From: a virus
Reading direction: 5' to 3' (one strand)
DNA length: 64,000 nt
Virus record (IMG/VR): IMGVR_UViG_3300036985_007703
Location: 32,001-96,000 of that record
A program made the translations under genes and the position numbers. Under the pieces are notes generated by a model that saw nothing but the letters and a program-made list of their open reading frames with translations, was not told the origin of the DNA and searched no databases. Shown here piece by piece: positions 8,772 through 17,609 of this stretch; positions within the stretch are counted from its first letter, which is position 1, and each line of letters starts with the position of its first letter.

Positions 8772-9155
8772 CTAACCCTTGTTCCCCTCATCCCCGTGGA
8801 GGAACGTGCGCAGGATCGCGGCCACCCCGCCCTCGGCCTCCGCCGGGGGCACGCTGGTGCGCGCCTGCACCGCGGCCACCGCGCGCCCCACCCCATCGCC
8901 CGCCGCGGCCAGCGCGTCCACCTGCACCTGCAGGGCATCCGCGCGCTCCCGGTGCTGCTTGAGGGCCGCCATCATGCCGAGGCGCGCCCGCTCCAGGGCC
9001 CCCACCTGGACCTCCGCCGCGACGAGGGCCTGCCCCAGCGCCGCGACCTCGCGCTCCACGCGCGCGAGCCCCGCCGTCAGCGCCCGCACGGTCCCCGCCA
9101 GCTCCGCGACCCGCGCCTCCACCCCCACCCACGAGGGCGCCCGCGGCGGCGTCAC
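8772..9155 (-). CDS. Coiled-coil hypothetical protein
   Basis: GTG 9155 overlapping upstream TGA; long Ala/Leu/Val heptads. Confidence 0.6.
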   Translation of the reverse strand: MTPPRAPSWVGVEARVAELAGTVRALTAGLARVEREVAALGQALVAAEVQVGALERARLGMMAALKQHRERADALQVQVDALAAAGDGVGRAVAAVQARTSVPPAEAEGGVAAILRTFLHGDEGNKG

Positions 9156-9751
9156 GAGCGACCCCGCACCCCCGCCGCGTCCTCCTCCGTCACCACCCCA
9201 AACGAGGCCGTGATGGCCTCCACGTCGATACTCGGCGGCGGCGCCACCGTGGGCACCGGGGGCGGCCCCAGCGGCACGAGGCTCCCCCCCAGGCGCACCA
9301 CCCACGCGGCCAGCGCCGTCGCCACCCCGTACGCCGCCTGACGCCAGGAGGTCGGCAGGGCCCCCAGCTCCACGTGGAGCCCCCGCGCCACCGCCAGCAA
9401 CAGTTCTAGCCCGTGGACCCCCCACACGGCCCCCGCCTCGTGGCCATCGGCCCCGCGCAAGCTCCCCGGCGCCCCGAGGGGCCGGTGCCAGCGCGCGAGC
9501 CCCATCACCAGCGCCGGGGGAAGCCCCCCCGCCACCAGCGCGTCCACCGCGTAGATCCCATGCCCATCCGCCCCCACCACGCGCAGGAGCCCCTCCACCG
9601 CCGCGCGGTCCAGGGCCTGGCGCCCCGCCGCCGCCCGCGTCCCCACGCGCGTCCCCAGCGCCGGCGTCCGCATCTGCCCCGCCAGCTCCGCCGCGGCCCC
9701 CGCCCGCGCCCCGTCCGGCCGCGTCGGCCGTCCCTGCTCGTCGCCCATCAC
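9152..9751 (-). CDS. Hypothetical protein
   Basis: GAGGAGG RBS; 199 aa. Confidence 0.6.
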   Translation of the reverse strand: MMGDEQGRPTRPDGARAGAAAELAGQMRTPALGTRVGTRAAAGRQALDRAAVEGLLRVVGADGHGIYAVDALVAGGLPPALVMGLARWHRPLGAPGSLRGADGHEAGAVWGVHGLELLLAVARGLHVELGALPTSWRQAAYGVATALAAWVVRLGGSLVPLGPPPVPTVAPPPSIDVEAITASFGVVTEEDAAGVRGRS

Positions 9752-9815
9752 GCGCCTCCTCTGCTGGATCGTCTCTGGGGTATTGTAGGCCGCCGCAGGG
9801 GCGCTATCAAGGCGC

Positions 9816-9833
9816 CGCGCACGCGCATGCGCA
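9816..9833. promoter_or_regulatory. 18-bp near-palindrome, copy 2
   Basis: CGCGCACGCGCATGCGCA, intergenic. Confidence 0.6.
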
Positions 9834-9847
9834 AGCAGAATGGAGGG

Positions 9848-10705
9848 TTAGTTGCGCTTGCGCCGCTGCCCCTTGGCCGGAGCCGCGTCCCGCGCCGGCG
9901 TCCGCCCCACGCGAGGCTCCTGCCAGGGGTGCCGCCAGACCGCCACCGCCACGCGCCCCTCGTCGCCGTCCGCCAGGTCCAGGGCCCGCACCCACGCCGG
10001 GGTCTCCTCCAACGCGCGGACCACGTCCGCGTCCGAGGCCTCCGCGCCCTCTGCCCCCCACAGGGCATGGGGGCGCCCCGTGTCGGGGTCCTCGTACCGC
10101 CACTCCGCGAGCCGCGCGCGCCACTCGTCCGGCGGCACGCCCTCCTCAGGGATCGGCTCCCAGGCGAACCAGGCCGTCAGGGGCACGCTGTCGCCCCCCG
10201 GCTGGGGGCGCCGCGCCCAGGACCGCCGCCCCTTATTGGGGAAGCCCGCGCTCGTCGCCTCGACCAGGCTCCGCAGCCGCTGGCTCAGCGACACGGCCTC
10301 GCCCTTCAGCGTCCAGGGCCCCTCGAACTCCGCGCGCCTCTTGCCCACGAGCTTGTAGTACTTCGCGTCCTTCGCGGCGTGGTTCCGGTCCTTCTGGTGC
10401 TTCTGGATGTACTTGCGCCCGCGCGGCGTCTGCTGGTGCGGCTTCGTCCGCTTGAAGTACGGCAACTTGGGCCCGTGGTGCAACGCCGCGACCCCGCGCG
10501 CGATGGCGTGCGCCGTCGGGGCGTCCGAGCGCCGCGGGGGCCCCTTCTTCCGCAGCCCCCCCACGATCGCCACCACGGCATGCCGCGTGTAGGGGTCCGC
10601 CGCCCGCGGCTTCTGCACCTTGATCGCGGCGCCCCCGTGGGGCGTCTTCCCCTCGACCAGGGCCCGCAGGCGCGCGCTGAGCCGCTCCCCGCGCGTCAGC
10701 AGCAC
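9848..10705 (-). CDS. Putative internal head protein with two leader motifs (basic module plus second module)
   Basis: LSARLRALVEG near the N-terminus and LSQRLRSLVEA internally; start uncertain (GTG 10705). Confidence 0.6.
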   Translation of the reverse strand: MLLTRGERLSARLRALVEGKTPHGGAAIKVQKPRAADPYTRHAVVAIVGGLRKKGPPRRSDAPTAHAIARGVAALHHGPKLPYFKRTKPHQQTPRGRKYIQKHQKDRNHAAKDAKYYKLVGKRRAEFEGPWTLKGEAVSLSQRLRSLVEATSAGFPNKGRRSWARRPQPGGDSVPLTAWFAWEPIPEEGVPPDEWRARLAEWRYEDPDTGRPHALWGAEGAEASDADVVRALEETPAWVRALDLADGDEGRVAVAVWRHPWQEPRVGRTPARDAAPAKGQRRKRN

Positions 10706-10709
10706 GGCG

Positions 10710-11033
10710 TCAGATGCTCCACGCATCCCAGGCCGCCTCAAACTGCTTGTGCGCCTCGGCCACGGCTGCCTGCGCCTCGAAGATCTCCCGCGCGCCCTTC
10801 GCCATGTCCGTGGCCTGGTATTCCCTAATCGGCACGTCGATCTCCCAGTGCATCAGCGGGCGCACCCCCGCCATCTCCTTGCGCTTCTTCTCCAGGCCCT
10901 TCACCGCCTGGGTCAGGGCCTCCGCCGCCTTGAGGACGGGGTCCACCTTGGGGATCGGCTTGCGGGTCTTCAGGATCTCCGCCGGGATGGTCACCTCGTC
11001 CAACTGCCGGATCAGCGCCTTCATGCTCCTCAT
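10710..11033 (-). CDS. Putative internal head protein (leader MRSMKALIRQLDE)
   Basis: ATGA overlap; shared leader motif. Confidence 0.65.
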   Translation of the reverse strand: MRSMKALIRQLDEVTIPAEILKTRKPIPKVDPVLKAAEALTQAVKGLEKKRKEMAGVRPLMHWEIDVPIREYQATDMAKGAREIFEAQAAVAEAHKQFEAAWDAWSI

Positions 11034-11359
11034 ACGGGTCTCCCCATCGCGAGTTCCCAGGCGTTCATCACGCCCCACTTGGCCTCGTCAATAGCGATCA
11101 GTTGCTCCTGGTACGCCGACATCGCCTGGCGGTCCGCCCGGTCCAGCCCCTTGACCAGCTTGGCCAGGGCCGCGACCTCCTTGTCGAACCGCGCCACCGC
11201 CGCATGCACGCCCTTGAGCACGGCCTCCGTCGGCACGTGCATCTGCTGGTTCCGCTGGTCGATCTCGCGCCGCCGCGCCTCCTTCGACTGGAAGTCCCCC
11301 GGCGCCACCTCGCGCCGCCGCTGGACGCCCTCGATCACCGCGCTCATCCGCTGTGCCAT
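11030..11359 (-). CDS. Putative internal head protein (leader MAQRMSAVIEG)
   Basis: GGAGGAG RBS; shared leader. Confidence 0.65.
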   Translation of the reverse strand: MAQRMSAVIEGVQRRREVAPGDFQSKEARRREIDQRNQQMHVPTEAVLKGVHAAVARFDKEVAALAKLVKGLDRADRQAMSAYQEQLIAIDEAKWGVMNAWELAMGRPV

Positions 11360-11361
11360 CG

Positions 11362-11706
11362 TCACTCCTCCGTATCGGGGTGGGCCGCGCCGTGCGCGAA
11401 CCCCACCTGGAACAGCAGCCCGTCGACCGCCTTGTTCAGCGCGATCACCGCCGCCTGCATGCGGGGGTCCGTCGCCGGGCGGTCCAGCCCCTGGACCAGC
11501 TCCGCTACGCGCCCCGCCGCCTGCTGCAGCGCCGCCGCCTTGGCCCCCGCGGCCTGGCGCGCGTTGGCCACGCCCCGCGCATCCTGCGGGGAGCGCCACG
11601 CCACGTTCATCCCGCTGGTGACCTGCCCCCAGTTGGGGGGCACGCCCTCGGCCAGCAGCCCCGAGGCGACCAGACTCGCCTCGATCATCGTGCGCATGCG
11701 CGTCAT
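11362..11706 (-). CDS. Putative internal head protein (leader MTRMRTMIEA)
   Basis: AAGGAGG RBS; shared leader. Confidence 0.65.
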   Translation of the reverse strand: MTRMRTMIEASLVASGLLAEGVPPNWGQVTSGMNVAWRSPQDARGVANARQAAGAKAAALQQAAGRVAELVQGLDRPATDPRMQAAVIALNKAVDGLLFQVGFAHGAAHPDTEE

Positions 11707-11715
11707 GGCGCCTCC

Positions 11716-12105
11716 TTACTCGGTCGCACCCCTGAATTTCCATTCCTTCTTGGCGAAGTCGTACCACGCCTGTAGCAGCGTGATCCCATTGCTTCCGCCA
11801 GCCCTGTGCTCCCACGAAATATCCATGGGGATCTGCATCATGTTGTGCTGGGCGCTGTAGTGCCCCGCGCCCTTCACGACCACCGTGCTCATCACGGCCT
11901 CGAAAACCCCCGCCTTGCCCACTAGCTCGTCGCTCTTCACGATCAAACGCCAGGGTCCAGCAGACGACAACTTGGCCGTCAACTTCACCGGCACCTTGAG
12001 GACCTTGGAGACTTGTTGCTCCAGCGACTTGATGTCGATCTCGTCCTCGCTCGGTCCTTCAGCGGCCTCGTGCAACCGCCCGATCAGGGTGCTCATCTTC
12101 TGCAT
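11716..12105 (-). CDS. Putative internal head protein (leader MQKMSTLIGRLHEA)
   Basis: GGAG RBS; shared leader. Confidence 0.7.
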   Translation of the reverse strand: MQKMSTLIGRLHEAAEGPSEDEIDIKSLEQQVSKVLKVPVKLTAKLSSAGPWRLIVKSDELVGKAGVFEAVMSTVVVKGAGHYSAQHNMMQIPMDISWEHRAGGSNGITLLQAWYDFAKKEWKFRGATE

Positions 12106-12173
12106 GGTATCTCCATTCTCAGGGGCGCCACCGGCGCCGCGTTTGCTACTTCGCGAGCCCCGCGCGCGCCGCC

Positions 12174-12695
12174 CTACGGCAGCACGTAAATGGTGCTGAC
12201 CCCGCGCTTGCGCGCCTCCGCCTGGGCCGCCTTGACCGCCTCGGCATAGAGCATGTTGCCGCCGGGGGCGAACGCCTCGTCCGACCGCATGTCCGGGTCC
12301 TGCGTGCCGATGCCGAACATCCAGTTGCCGCGCCCCCGCGGGGCCGCCCCGTGGTTGAAGCGGTACAGGTTGGTCTCCACGTTGACCTTGCCGGTCGCCT
12401 CTTCCAAGCGCCGGATCAGGCTCTGCATCTTCGTCATGGTGTCCTCACCCTTGATGGCCCGCTCGTAGGCCGCATCTTTGCCCTTGGCCGCCGCGTCGCG
12501 CCCATGCGCCCGGATGGCCTTCCGGCCCTTGGCCGTCTTGTTCTTCGTGCCGGGCTCGTAGTAGCCGGCCTTGTTCCCGCCCGCCTTGCAGATCGCGAAA
12601 GCCGCGCCCTTGTCCTTGCCGCCCTTGGTGACGCCCGCCACGCAGTGCCGCATGAAGGCGTCCGCCCGCTCGATCAACGCTTGCATCGACTCCAT
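12174..12695 (-). CDS. Putative internal head protein made of two leader-tagged modules
   Basis: MESMQALIERAD at the start, MTKMQSLIRRLEEA internally. Confidence 0.7.
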   Translation of the reverse strand: MESMQALIERADAFMRHCVAGVTKGGKDKGAAFAICKAGGNKAGYYEPGTKNKTAKGRKAIRAHGRDAAAKGKDAAYERAIKGEDTMTKMQSLIRRLEEATGKVNVETNLYRFNHGAAPRGRGNWMFGIGTQDPDMRSDEAFAPGGNMLYAEAVKAAQAEARKRGVSTIYVLP

Positions 12696-12705
12696 GACCG
12701 CCTCC

Positions 12706-13077
12706 TCACACGCTCGCCAGGATCCGCACGGGGACCGGGCTCGTCGGCGCCGTGGTCCCCGGCGTGCCGGGGCTCGTCACGCAGCAGCACGTGAGCCCCA
12801 CCCCGAACGCCAGGCCCTCCGGCACCGCGAACGACCGCTTGACCGCCGCGGGGACCATCAGCACGAGGTGCGGGTCCACGGTCCCCGGCGCCGCGCTCAC
12901 CGCGTTGTAGCACTTCACGTAGCTGGGGGCCCCCGCGTTGCCCGTGTTGTCGGCCTCCACGAGGTACAGCGTGCAGGGCGCCCCGAAGAGGTTGTTCTGC
13001 GCCGTCGCGCCGAGGGCCGTGTCCACCGCGAGGCGGGTCGCGACCGGGTTCACCTGGGTACTGACTGCCATCGTCAT
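12706..13077 (-). CDS. Small beta-rich virion (decoration-like) protein
   Basis: NAGAPSYVKCYN...P.LVLMVPA...GLAFGVGL pattern typical of small phage structural proteins; lacks the leader. Confidence 0.55.
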   Translation of the reverse strand: MTMAVSTQVNPVATRLAVDTALGATAQNNLFGAPCTLYLVEADNTGNAGAPSYVKCYNAVSAAPGTVDPHLVLMVPAAVKRSFAVPEGLAFGVGLTCCCVTSPGTPGTTAPTSPVPVRILASV

Positions 13078-13091
13078 CGTCGTACTCCTCG

Positions 13092-13109
13092 CGCGATCAC
13101 GTGATCGCG
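13092..13109. promoter_or_regulatory. Different 18-bp perfect palindrome just upstream of an RBS
   Basis: CGCGATCACGTGATCGCG, intergenic. Confidence 0.5.
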
Positions 13110-13122
13110 GCGTGTGTGCGTC

Positions 13123-13407
13123 TCAACTCGCTACCCACCCATATTGCCCCGACCAACGACACCGGCGTAGAAAATCGCGCGCCGCCGCCTGCGCCGCACG
13201 CCGGCTCGGGAACCAGTCCTCGCCCCCCACGTCCCGCAGGGGGTGGTCGGGGGCCTCGGCCAGCTGGCCCGAGAGGAGGTAGTACCACCCGTCCCCGCGC
13301 GCGCTGCCCTCGGCCTTGCGCACCACCACGGTGATGCCCTTGAGGGCCGCCGGATCGCGCCCTCCCGCGGCCGCCGCCCCCTCCAAGCGCTGCAGCAGCT
13401 CACGCAT
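13123..13407 (-). CDS. Putative internal head protein (leader MRELLQRLEG)
   Basis: Shared leader; coupled to upstream gene. Confidence 0.6.
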   Translation of the reverse strand: MRELLQRLEGAAAAGGRDPAALKGITVVVRKAEGSARGDGWYYLLSGQLAEAPDHPLRDVGGEDWFPSRRAAQAAARDFLRRCRWSGQYGWVAS

Positions 13408-13675
13408 GCCCAGCGCCAAATTTCTGCTCTACCCAGCGCTTGACATCATCAAAATAGGCCCACCCCTTCATCTCTTGCTGTTGCCCCTGCGCGTCGGTAA
13501 ATGAGCCCGATACCTGGGGGCCCGACGAGGAGGCCCACCGCGAGAACGCCACCTTCCCCAGCTGCTCCTCGCCCCGCAGGATGACCCAGGCGTAGCCCTC
13601 GCGGCGCAGCGTCAGCCCGTGCTTGAGGCGCAGCACCTTCGCGGTCTCTTCCAATCGCCCCAACAGCGTTCGCAT
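13400..13675 (-). CDS. Putative internal head protein (leader MRTLLGRLEE)
   Basis: GGAGGAG RBS before ATG 13675. Confidence 0.65.
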   Translation of the reverse strand: MRTLLGRLEETAKVLRLKHGLTLRREGYAWVILRGEEQLGKVAFSRWASSSGPQVSGSFTDAQGQQQEMKGWAYFDDVKRWVEQKFGAGHA

Positions 13676-13686
13676 CTCGCTCCTCC

Positions 13687-13704
13687 TGCGCATGCGCATG
13701 CGCA
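13687..13704. promoter_or_regulatory. 18-bp palindrome, copy 3
   Basis: TGCGCATGCGCATGCGCA between stop codon and RBS. Confidence 0.75.
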
Positions 13705-13707
13705 GCG

Positions 13708-15066
13708 CTACCTTACCACCGTGCCCCCCGCCCTGTCCGCAAACTCGCGCAGGAGGGCCCCGAGGGCCCCGCCCGCCGCCTCGCTGGCCGCCGCCCGCCC
13801 CAGGGCCAGCGCCTCGAAGCGCGCCCGCTGCGCCCCCGTCAGCTCCACGCCCTCATAGCGCCCCAGCACGTACGCCGCGAAGACCTCCGCGAACTCCTCC
13901 ACCGCGGACTCCGCCCCGTAGGCCGTCGGCGCCGGCACGTAGGCCGCCTGCGGGCCCTCGCGCTCCTGGTCCGCCTTGCTGCGCGGGTCGAACCACGCCG
14001 CGAAGCGCGCCCGCGCCCCCGCCCGCATGTGCTTGAACCAATAGCGGTGCCCCAGCTCGTGGACCACGACCTCCGTCACGGTCTTCGCACTCCAGGTCAA
14101 CTGCGGATTCAATACCACGTCATCCAAGCTGCTGGCGTAGTGGCCGCCCGACCGAAACCGCTCCCCCGATTTCGCCGTTGTACCCATCACAGCGCTGGTC
14201 GGCGGCAGCACGTAGATGCGCCCTTTCCAGACCACGCCAAAGCCCTTTTGACGCAGCGCCGCCTCCGCGCGCTGCACCCCCGCCAACACCGCCCGCGCCG
14301 TCCGGTTGCTCACCTGCGCATCCGGCACGCTGTCCTCGGGCGCCCGCGCGAGCTTGCGCAGATCCACCGCCGCCCCCGGATCGGTCAGCACTTTGACCCC
14401 GCGAATCTCGTACTCCAGCGGGGGGACCTCGGCCATGCGCTTCACGTCGATCGCCGCTACGGCCTCCAGCGTGCCGAAGACCCGGAATGCCGCCTGGACC
14501 TCGCGGTCGACCTCGGTCGCCGCCTGCTCGGCATTCTCTACATCGGCCTGCCAAGCGTTCAGGGTCCGCCCGCGCCCATACGTCTTTGACGAAGCCCCAC
14601 CCCACATCGCCTGCGCGCGCAGATCCTCGGGGGTCTGCGGGTAGTCCCGCTGAAACCAGGTCGCCTCTGCGTTCTTGAACGCTGCCAGGCGCGCCCGCGC
14701 GGCCTCTAGGGCCGGAAGCACCTTCATCTGCGGGGCCTCCGCCAACTTGCGCCCCGCCACCTTTGCCGGCAACTTGAGCACCGGCGATCCCATGCCCACC
14801 ACGTCAATGTGCTGCACTACCGACCTCGCAAGATCCTGTATCGTCGATAGGCCCGGCGCTCGCACCAGCGCGTCGACCAGCGCCGCGATCCGCCGCTCGC
14901 CCTCCGCGAACCACGCGAGGACCTTATCCCGATCCTTGGGCTCGCGGATCTGCGCGATCCGCGCCGCGTCCTTCACCCACTGCGCCCACCACTTGCGGAC
15001 CCCCGCCAGCCACGCCTTCGAGCCCGGCGCGGGGGCCGCCTCCAGCAGGGTCAGCAGCTCACGCAC
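13708..15066 (-). CDS. Leader-tagged protein with C-terminal zincin metallopeptidase (HExxH)
   Basis: MRELLTLLEA leader; GGHY...VVVHELGHRYW...TAYGAESAVEEFAEVFAAY. Confidence 0.8.
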   Translation of the reverse strand: MRELLTLLEAAPAPGSKAWLAGVRKWWAQWVKDAARIAQIREPKDRDKVLAWFAEGERRIAALVDALVRAPGLSTIQDLARSVVQHIDVVGMGSPVLKLPAKVAGRKLAEAPQMKVLPALEAARARLAAFKNAEATWFQRDYPQTPEDLRAQAMWGGASSKTYGRGRTLNAWQADVENAEQAATEVDREVQAAFRVFGTLEAVAAIDVKRMAEVPPLEYEIRGVKVLTDPGAAVDLRKLARAPEDSVPDAQVSNRTARAVLAGVQRAEAALRQKGFGVVWKGRIYVLPPTSAVMGTTAKSGERFRSGGHYASSLDDVVLNPQLTWSAKTVTEVVVHELGHRYWFKHMRAGARARFAAWFDPRSKADQEREGPQAAYVPAPTAYGAESAVEEFAEVFAAYVLGRYEGVELTGAQRARFEALALGRAAASEAAGGALGALLREFADRAGGTVVR

Positions 15067-15427
15067 GGCGCACCTTCGCAGCCAGCGTGCCGATGGCCCC
15101 CGCCACGCGGTCGTGCCACGCGGCCCCCGCCCGGTCGCCCCTCGCCCGCAGCGCCACGGCGATCCCGTCCGCCTGGTTCGAGAGGTCCGTCAGGGCCGCG
15201 CTCAGGGCCGCCGCGGCCCCCGGCGCCACCGCGAGGAAGTCCCCGCCCCGCCCCGTGGCCTCCCACACGAGGCGCGCCGCCGCGGCCTCCCCCGCGTCCA
15301 GCCCGTGCCCCTCGGGGTCGTCCGCCAGCTCCGCGAGGTCCGTCTCGAAGAACGAGGCCACCATCTCGGGGATCTTGACCCGGACAGCCCGCGCCTCGGC
15401 CCCCTCGATCAGCGCCCGCATCGTCAT
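15059..15427 (-). CDS. Putative internal head protein (leader MTMRALIEG)
   Basis: Shared leader. Confidence 0.65.
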   Translation of the reverse strand: MTMRALIEGAEARAVRVKIPEMVASFFETDLAELADDPEGHGLDAGEAAAARLVWEATGRGGDFLAVAPGAAAALSAALTDLSNQADGIAVALRARGDRAGAAWHDRVAGAIGTLAAKVRRA

Positions 15428-15768
15428 GACGCCACCAGCTCGATGCGCGTGGCGAAGCCCTCCCCGAAGTAGTCCTCCAGCCAGCTCCCCACCCGCATCC
15501 CCTTCTCCCCGTAGAGCCCCGGCAGCCCCAGCGCCCGCGCCGCCGAGATGGTCACCTGCAGGGATACCCCCCGCTGGTCGACCTTGGGCACCTGGCGCCG
15601 CACCTCGCCCCAGGCCCGCACGCGGACCACGCGCACGCGCCCCGCCGGGCGCTCGTACGCGATCTTGACCTCCACGGGCTCCTCCAGCCGCGCGCGCTTG
15701 GGCGCCGGCATGCGGAGGCTCCCATCCTTGTTGGCCACGGCCTCGATCAGCGCCCGCATCTTCCGCAT
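15424..15768 (-). CDS. Putative internal head protein (leader MRKMRALIEA)
   Basis: GGAGG RBS before ATG 15768. Confidence 0.65.
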   Translation of the reverse strand: MRKMRALIEAVANKDGSLRMPAPKRARLEEPVEVKIAYERPAGRVRVVRVRAWGEVRRQVPKVDQRGVSLQVTISAARALGLPGLYGEKGMRVGSWLEDYFGEGFATRIELVAS

Positions 15769-15779
15769 GGGGGCCTCCA

Positions 15780-16025
15780 TCACTGTTCCTCGTTGCTGAT
15801 CAAGAACTCCCGGAACACCTCCGACATCTCCTCGCAGGCATCCAACAGCGCCTCCAAGGCCTTCTCCCCCTGGACCTGCGCCACGATCTGTTTGGTCAGG
15901 GGCCCCTTGAACTGGCCCTCGATGGCGTAGGTCTTGTCTATCATCGTCCGCGCGTGGCGCAGGAGCCCGGAGGACGGCCCACCCTTCATGATCCCCTCGA
16001 TCAACGTGCTCATCGTATGCATCAC
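15780..16025 (-). CDS. Putative internal head protein (leader MHTMSTLIEG)
   Basis: GAGGAGG RBS; shared leader. Confidence 0.65.
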   Translation of the reverse strand: MMHTMSTLIEGIMKGGPSSGLLRHARTMIDKTYAIEGQFKGPLTKQIVAQVQGEKALEALLDACEEMSEVFREFLISNEEQ

Positions 16026-16037
16026 ACGCCTCCTCGC

Positions 16038-16706
16038 CTAGCCCCGCGCGCTGATCTGTGTCGCCACGTCCCGGCGCACGTAGTTGACCAGGAACTTCGC
16101 CGCGCGGTCCGCGTCCATCATGCCCAACGACACCTTCATGACCTTGGTGTCATCCTGCTTCGAGCCGTCCCACTTGTTCACCACGAAGGCGCTCGTCCCG
16201 CGGTCCATGTCGATCGTGACCTCCAGGTCGTAGACCATATCTTCCCCGTTCCGCGCCACGACCAGGACCGGCCAGTCGAACCCCTGCGACTCCACCGATG
16301 CCGTCAGGCCGCCGGCCCCGCTCATCATGGCCGAGCCCTTCAGCTGCGCGTTGACCGCGAGGGCCACCTCCTTGAAGAAGGCGATCAGCGCGCCCTCCAG
16401 GATCTTGCCCAGGTTGTTCGCGGAGCCGCTCAGCGCCTCGGCGAGGCCCGCGCCCTCCTGCAGCCGCTCGATCAGGGACGACATGGAGTCCCCCTCCACG
16501 CCCTCGACCTTGAGCTTGAGCTTAGGCAGCCACTCCTCGTCGTCGACTTGGTTGCGGATCTGCTGGAGCAGCCCCGCATCCTTGAACCCCTTGTAGTTGC
16601 CCGACATCCAGGCGTCGTACAGCTTGGCCTTCCAGCCCTTGCCCTTCTCTTTCGCCCACGCCTTGAGGGCCGCCATCTGCTCTGCGTTCGGTGCGTACTT
16701 TGCCAT
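16038..16706 (-). CDS. Two-module protein with internal leader (DSMSSLIERLQEG)
   Basis: N-terminal helical module EQMAALKAWA...WKAKL...LLQQIRN fused to a leader-tagged module. Confidence 0.7.
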   Translation of the reverse strand: MAKYAPNAEQMAALKAWAKEKGKGWKAKLYDAWMSGNYKGFKDAGLLQQIRNQVDDEEWLPKLKLKVEGVEGDSMSSLIERLQEGAGLAEALSGSANNLGKILEGALIAFFKEVALAVNAQLKGSAMMSGAGGLTASVESQGFDWPVLVVARNGEDMVYDLEVTIDMDRGTSAFVVNKWDGSKQDDTKVMKVSLGMMDADRAAKFLVNYVRRDVATQISARG

Positions 16707-16762
16707 GATTCCCGCTCCTATGGGCCGTGGGCCCCGCTAGACGCCCACCGGCGCCGTTGATC

Positions 16763-17134
16763 TCACCTTGCCGCCGCCGCGAGGCTCGATCGCCACGCCT
16801 CGGCGTTGTTGACCGCGTTACGGATGCGCCGCGTCAACCCCTCGTCCTGCGGCGCATAGAACCGCCGCTTGGCCATGTCGTCCGCCAGGGCCAGGCTCCA
16901 GCTCGGCACGTCGTACCGCTTCTTGTACAGGAACACCTCGCCGTCCCACCCCTCGGGCTGCGCGAAGGCCGCCTGGTAGGAGCCCTGGCTCGGCTTGCCC
17001 TGGTCCCCCATCACCCACGCCTGCCAGGTGATCGCCACGGGGCGCCGCGCCTTCTCCACGATCACACGGACCACGCCCGCGCCCTCGATAAGGGCCCGTA
17101 GGCGCGCGCTCAGGGGCATCATGCGTGCTCGCAT
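16763..17134 (-). CDS. Putative internal head protein (leader MMPLSARLRALIEG)
   Basis: GGAGAG RBS; shared leader. Confidence 0.6.
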   Translation of the reverse strand: MRARMMPLSARLRALIEGAGVVRVIVEKARRPVAITWQAWVMGDQGKPSQGSYQAAFAQPEGWDGEVFLYKKRYDVPSWSLALADDMAKRRFYAPQDEGLTRRIRNAVNNAEAWRSSLAAAAR

Positions 17135-17197
17135 CCGCGTCTCTCCGTTGCATACTGGGGCGCGAGGCTCCGTGGCCAGACCACCTGCCTCCCCTCC

Positions 17198-17226
17198 AGC
17201 GTAACCACCGCCCGCGCGCCTGTCAC
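17198..17226 (-). promoter_or_regulatory. Sigma70-like promoter GTGACA-17-TACGCT
   Basis: Mostly intergenic, 17-bp spacer, near-consensus hexamers. Confidence 0.45.
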
Positions 17227-17609
17227 CGCACGGCCTTGTACGAGGCTTCCCTGGCCTTCGCGATGGCCTCGCGCTCCGCGTAGCCATCCGCGACGAACTT
17301 ATCCCGCTGCTGCCCCACGAACTTCTCCCAGCGCTTCACCGCCGCCGCCGCCGCCGCCGCGTCCTTGTAGACCCTGCTCTCCAGCATGCTCACCCACGTG
17401 ACCACATCGTGGTAGTCCACGCGCCACGCGGTGCCCGCGTTGTCATCCTGGATGATCCGCACCGGGAGTTCGTACTTACCCGCCTTGCCGAGCTGCATGG
17501 TCCGCCCGTAGGCCATCCGCTTGCCGTCCGGGCTCGGGTAGGCCGTCCACCCCTTGGGGGTCGTCCCCGCCTCGGCCGCCTCTAACATCGCGCGCATCGT
17601 GCCCATCAC
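17223..17609 (-). CDS. Putative internal head protein (leader MGTMRAMLEA)
   Basis: Shared leader. Confidence 0.65.
   Translation of the reverse strand: MMGTMRAMLEAAEAGTTPKGWTAYPSPDGKRMAYGRTMQLGKAGKYELPVRIIQDDNAGTAWRVDYHDVVTWVSMLESRVYKDAAAAAAAVKRWEKFVGQQRDKFVADGYAEREAIAKAREASYKAVR

Noticed and set aside
11691-11702. Additional GCGCATGCG matches inside genes (also at about 24667 and in ERMR codons of the long fibre)
   Set aside because: Shorter than 18 bp and explained by Arg-Met-Arg or Ala-His-Ala codons; not counted as palindrome copies.
13687-13704. Resemblance of the palindrome to the eukaryotic NRF1 site (TGCGCATGCGCA)
   Set aside because: The context is clearly prokaryotic (Shine-Dalgarno sites, coupled operons); treated as coincidence.
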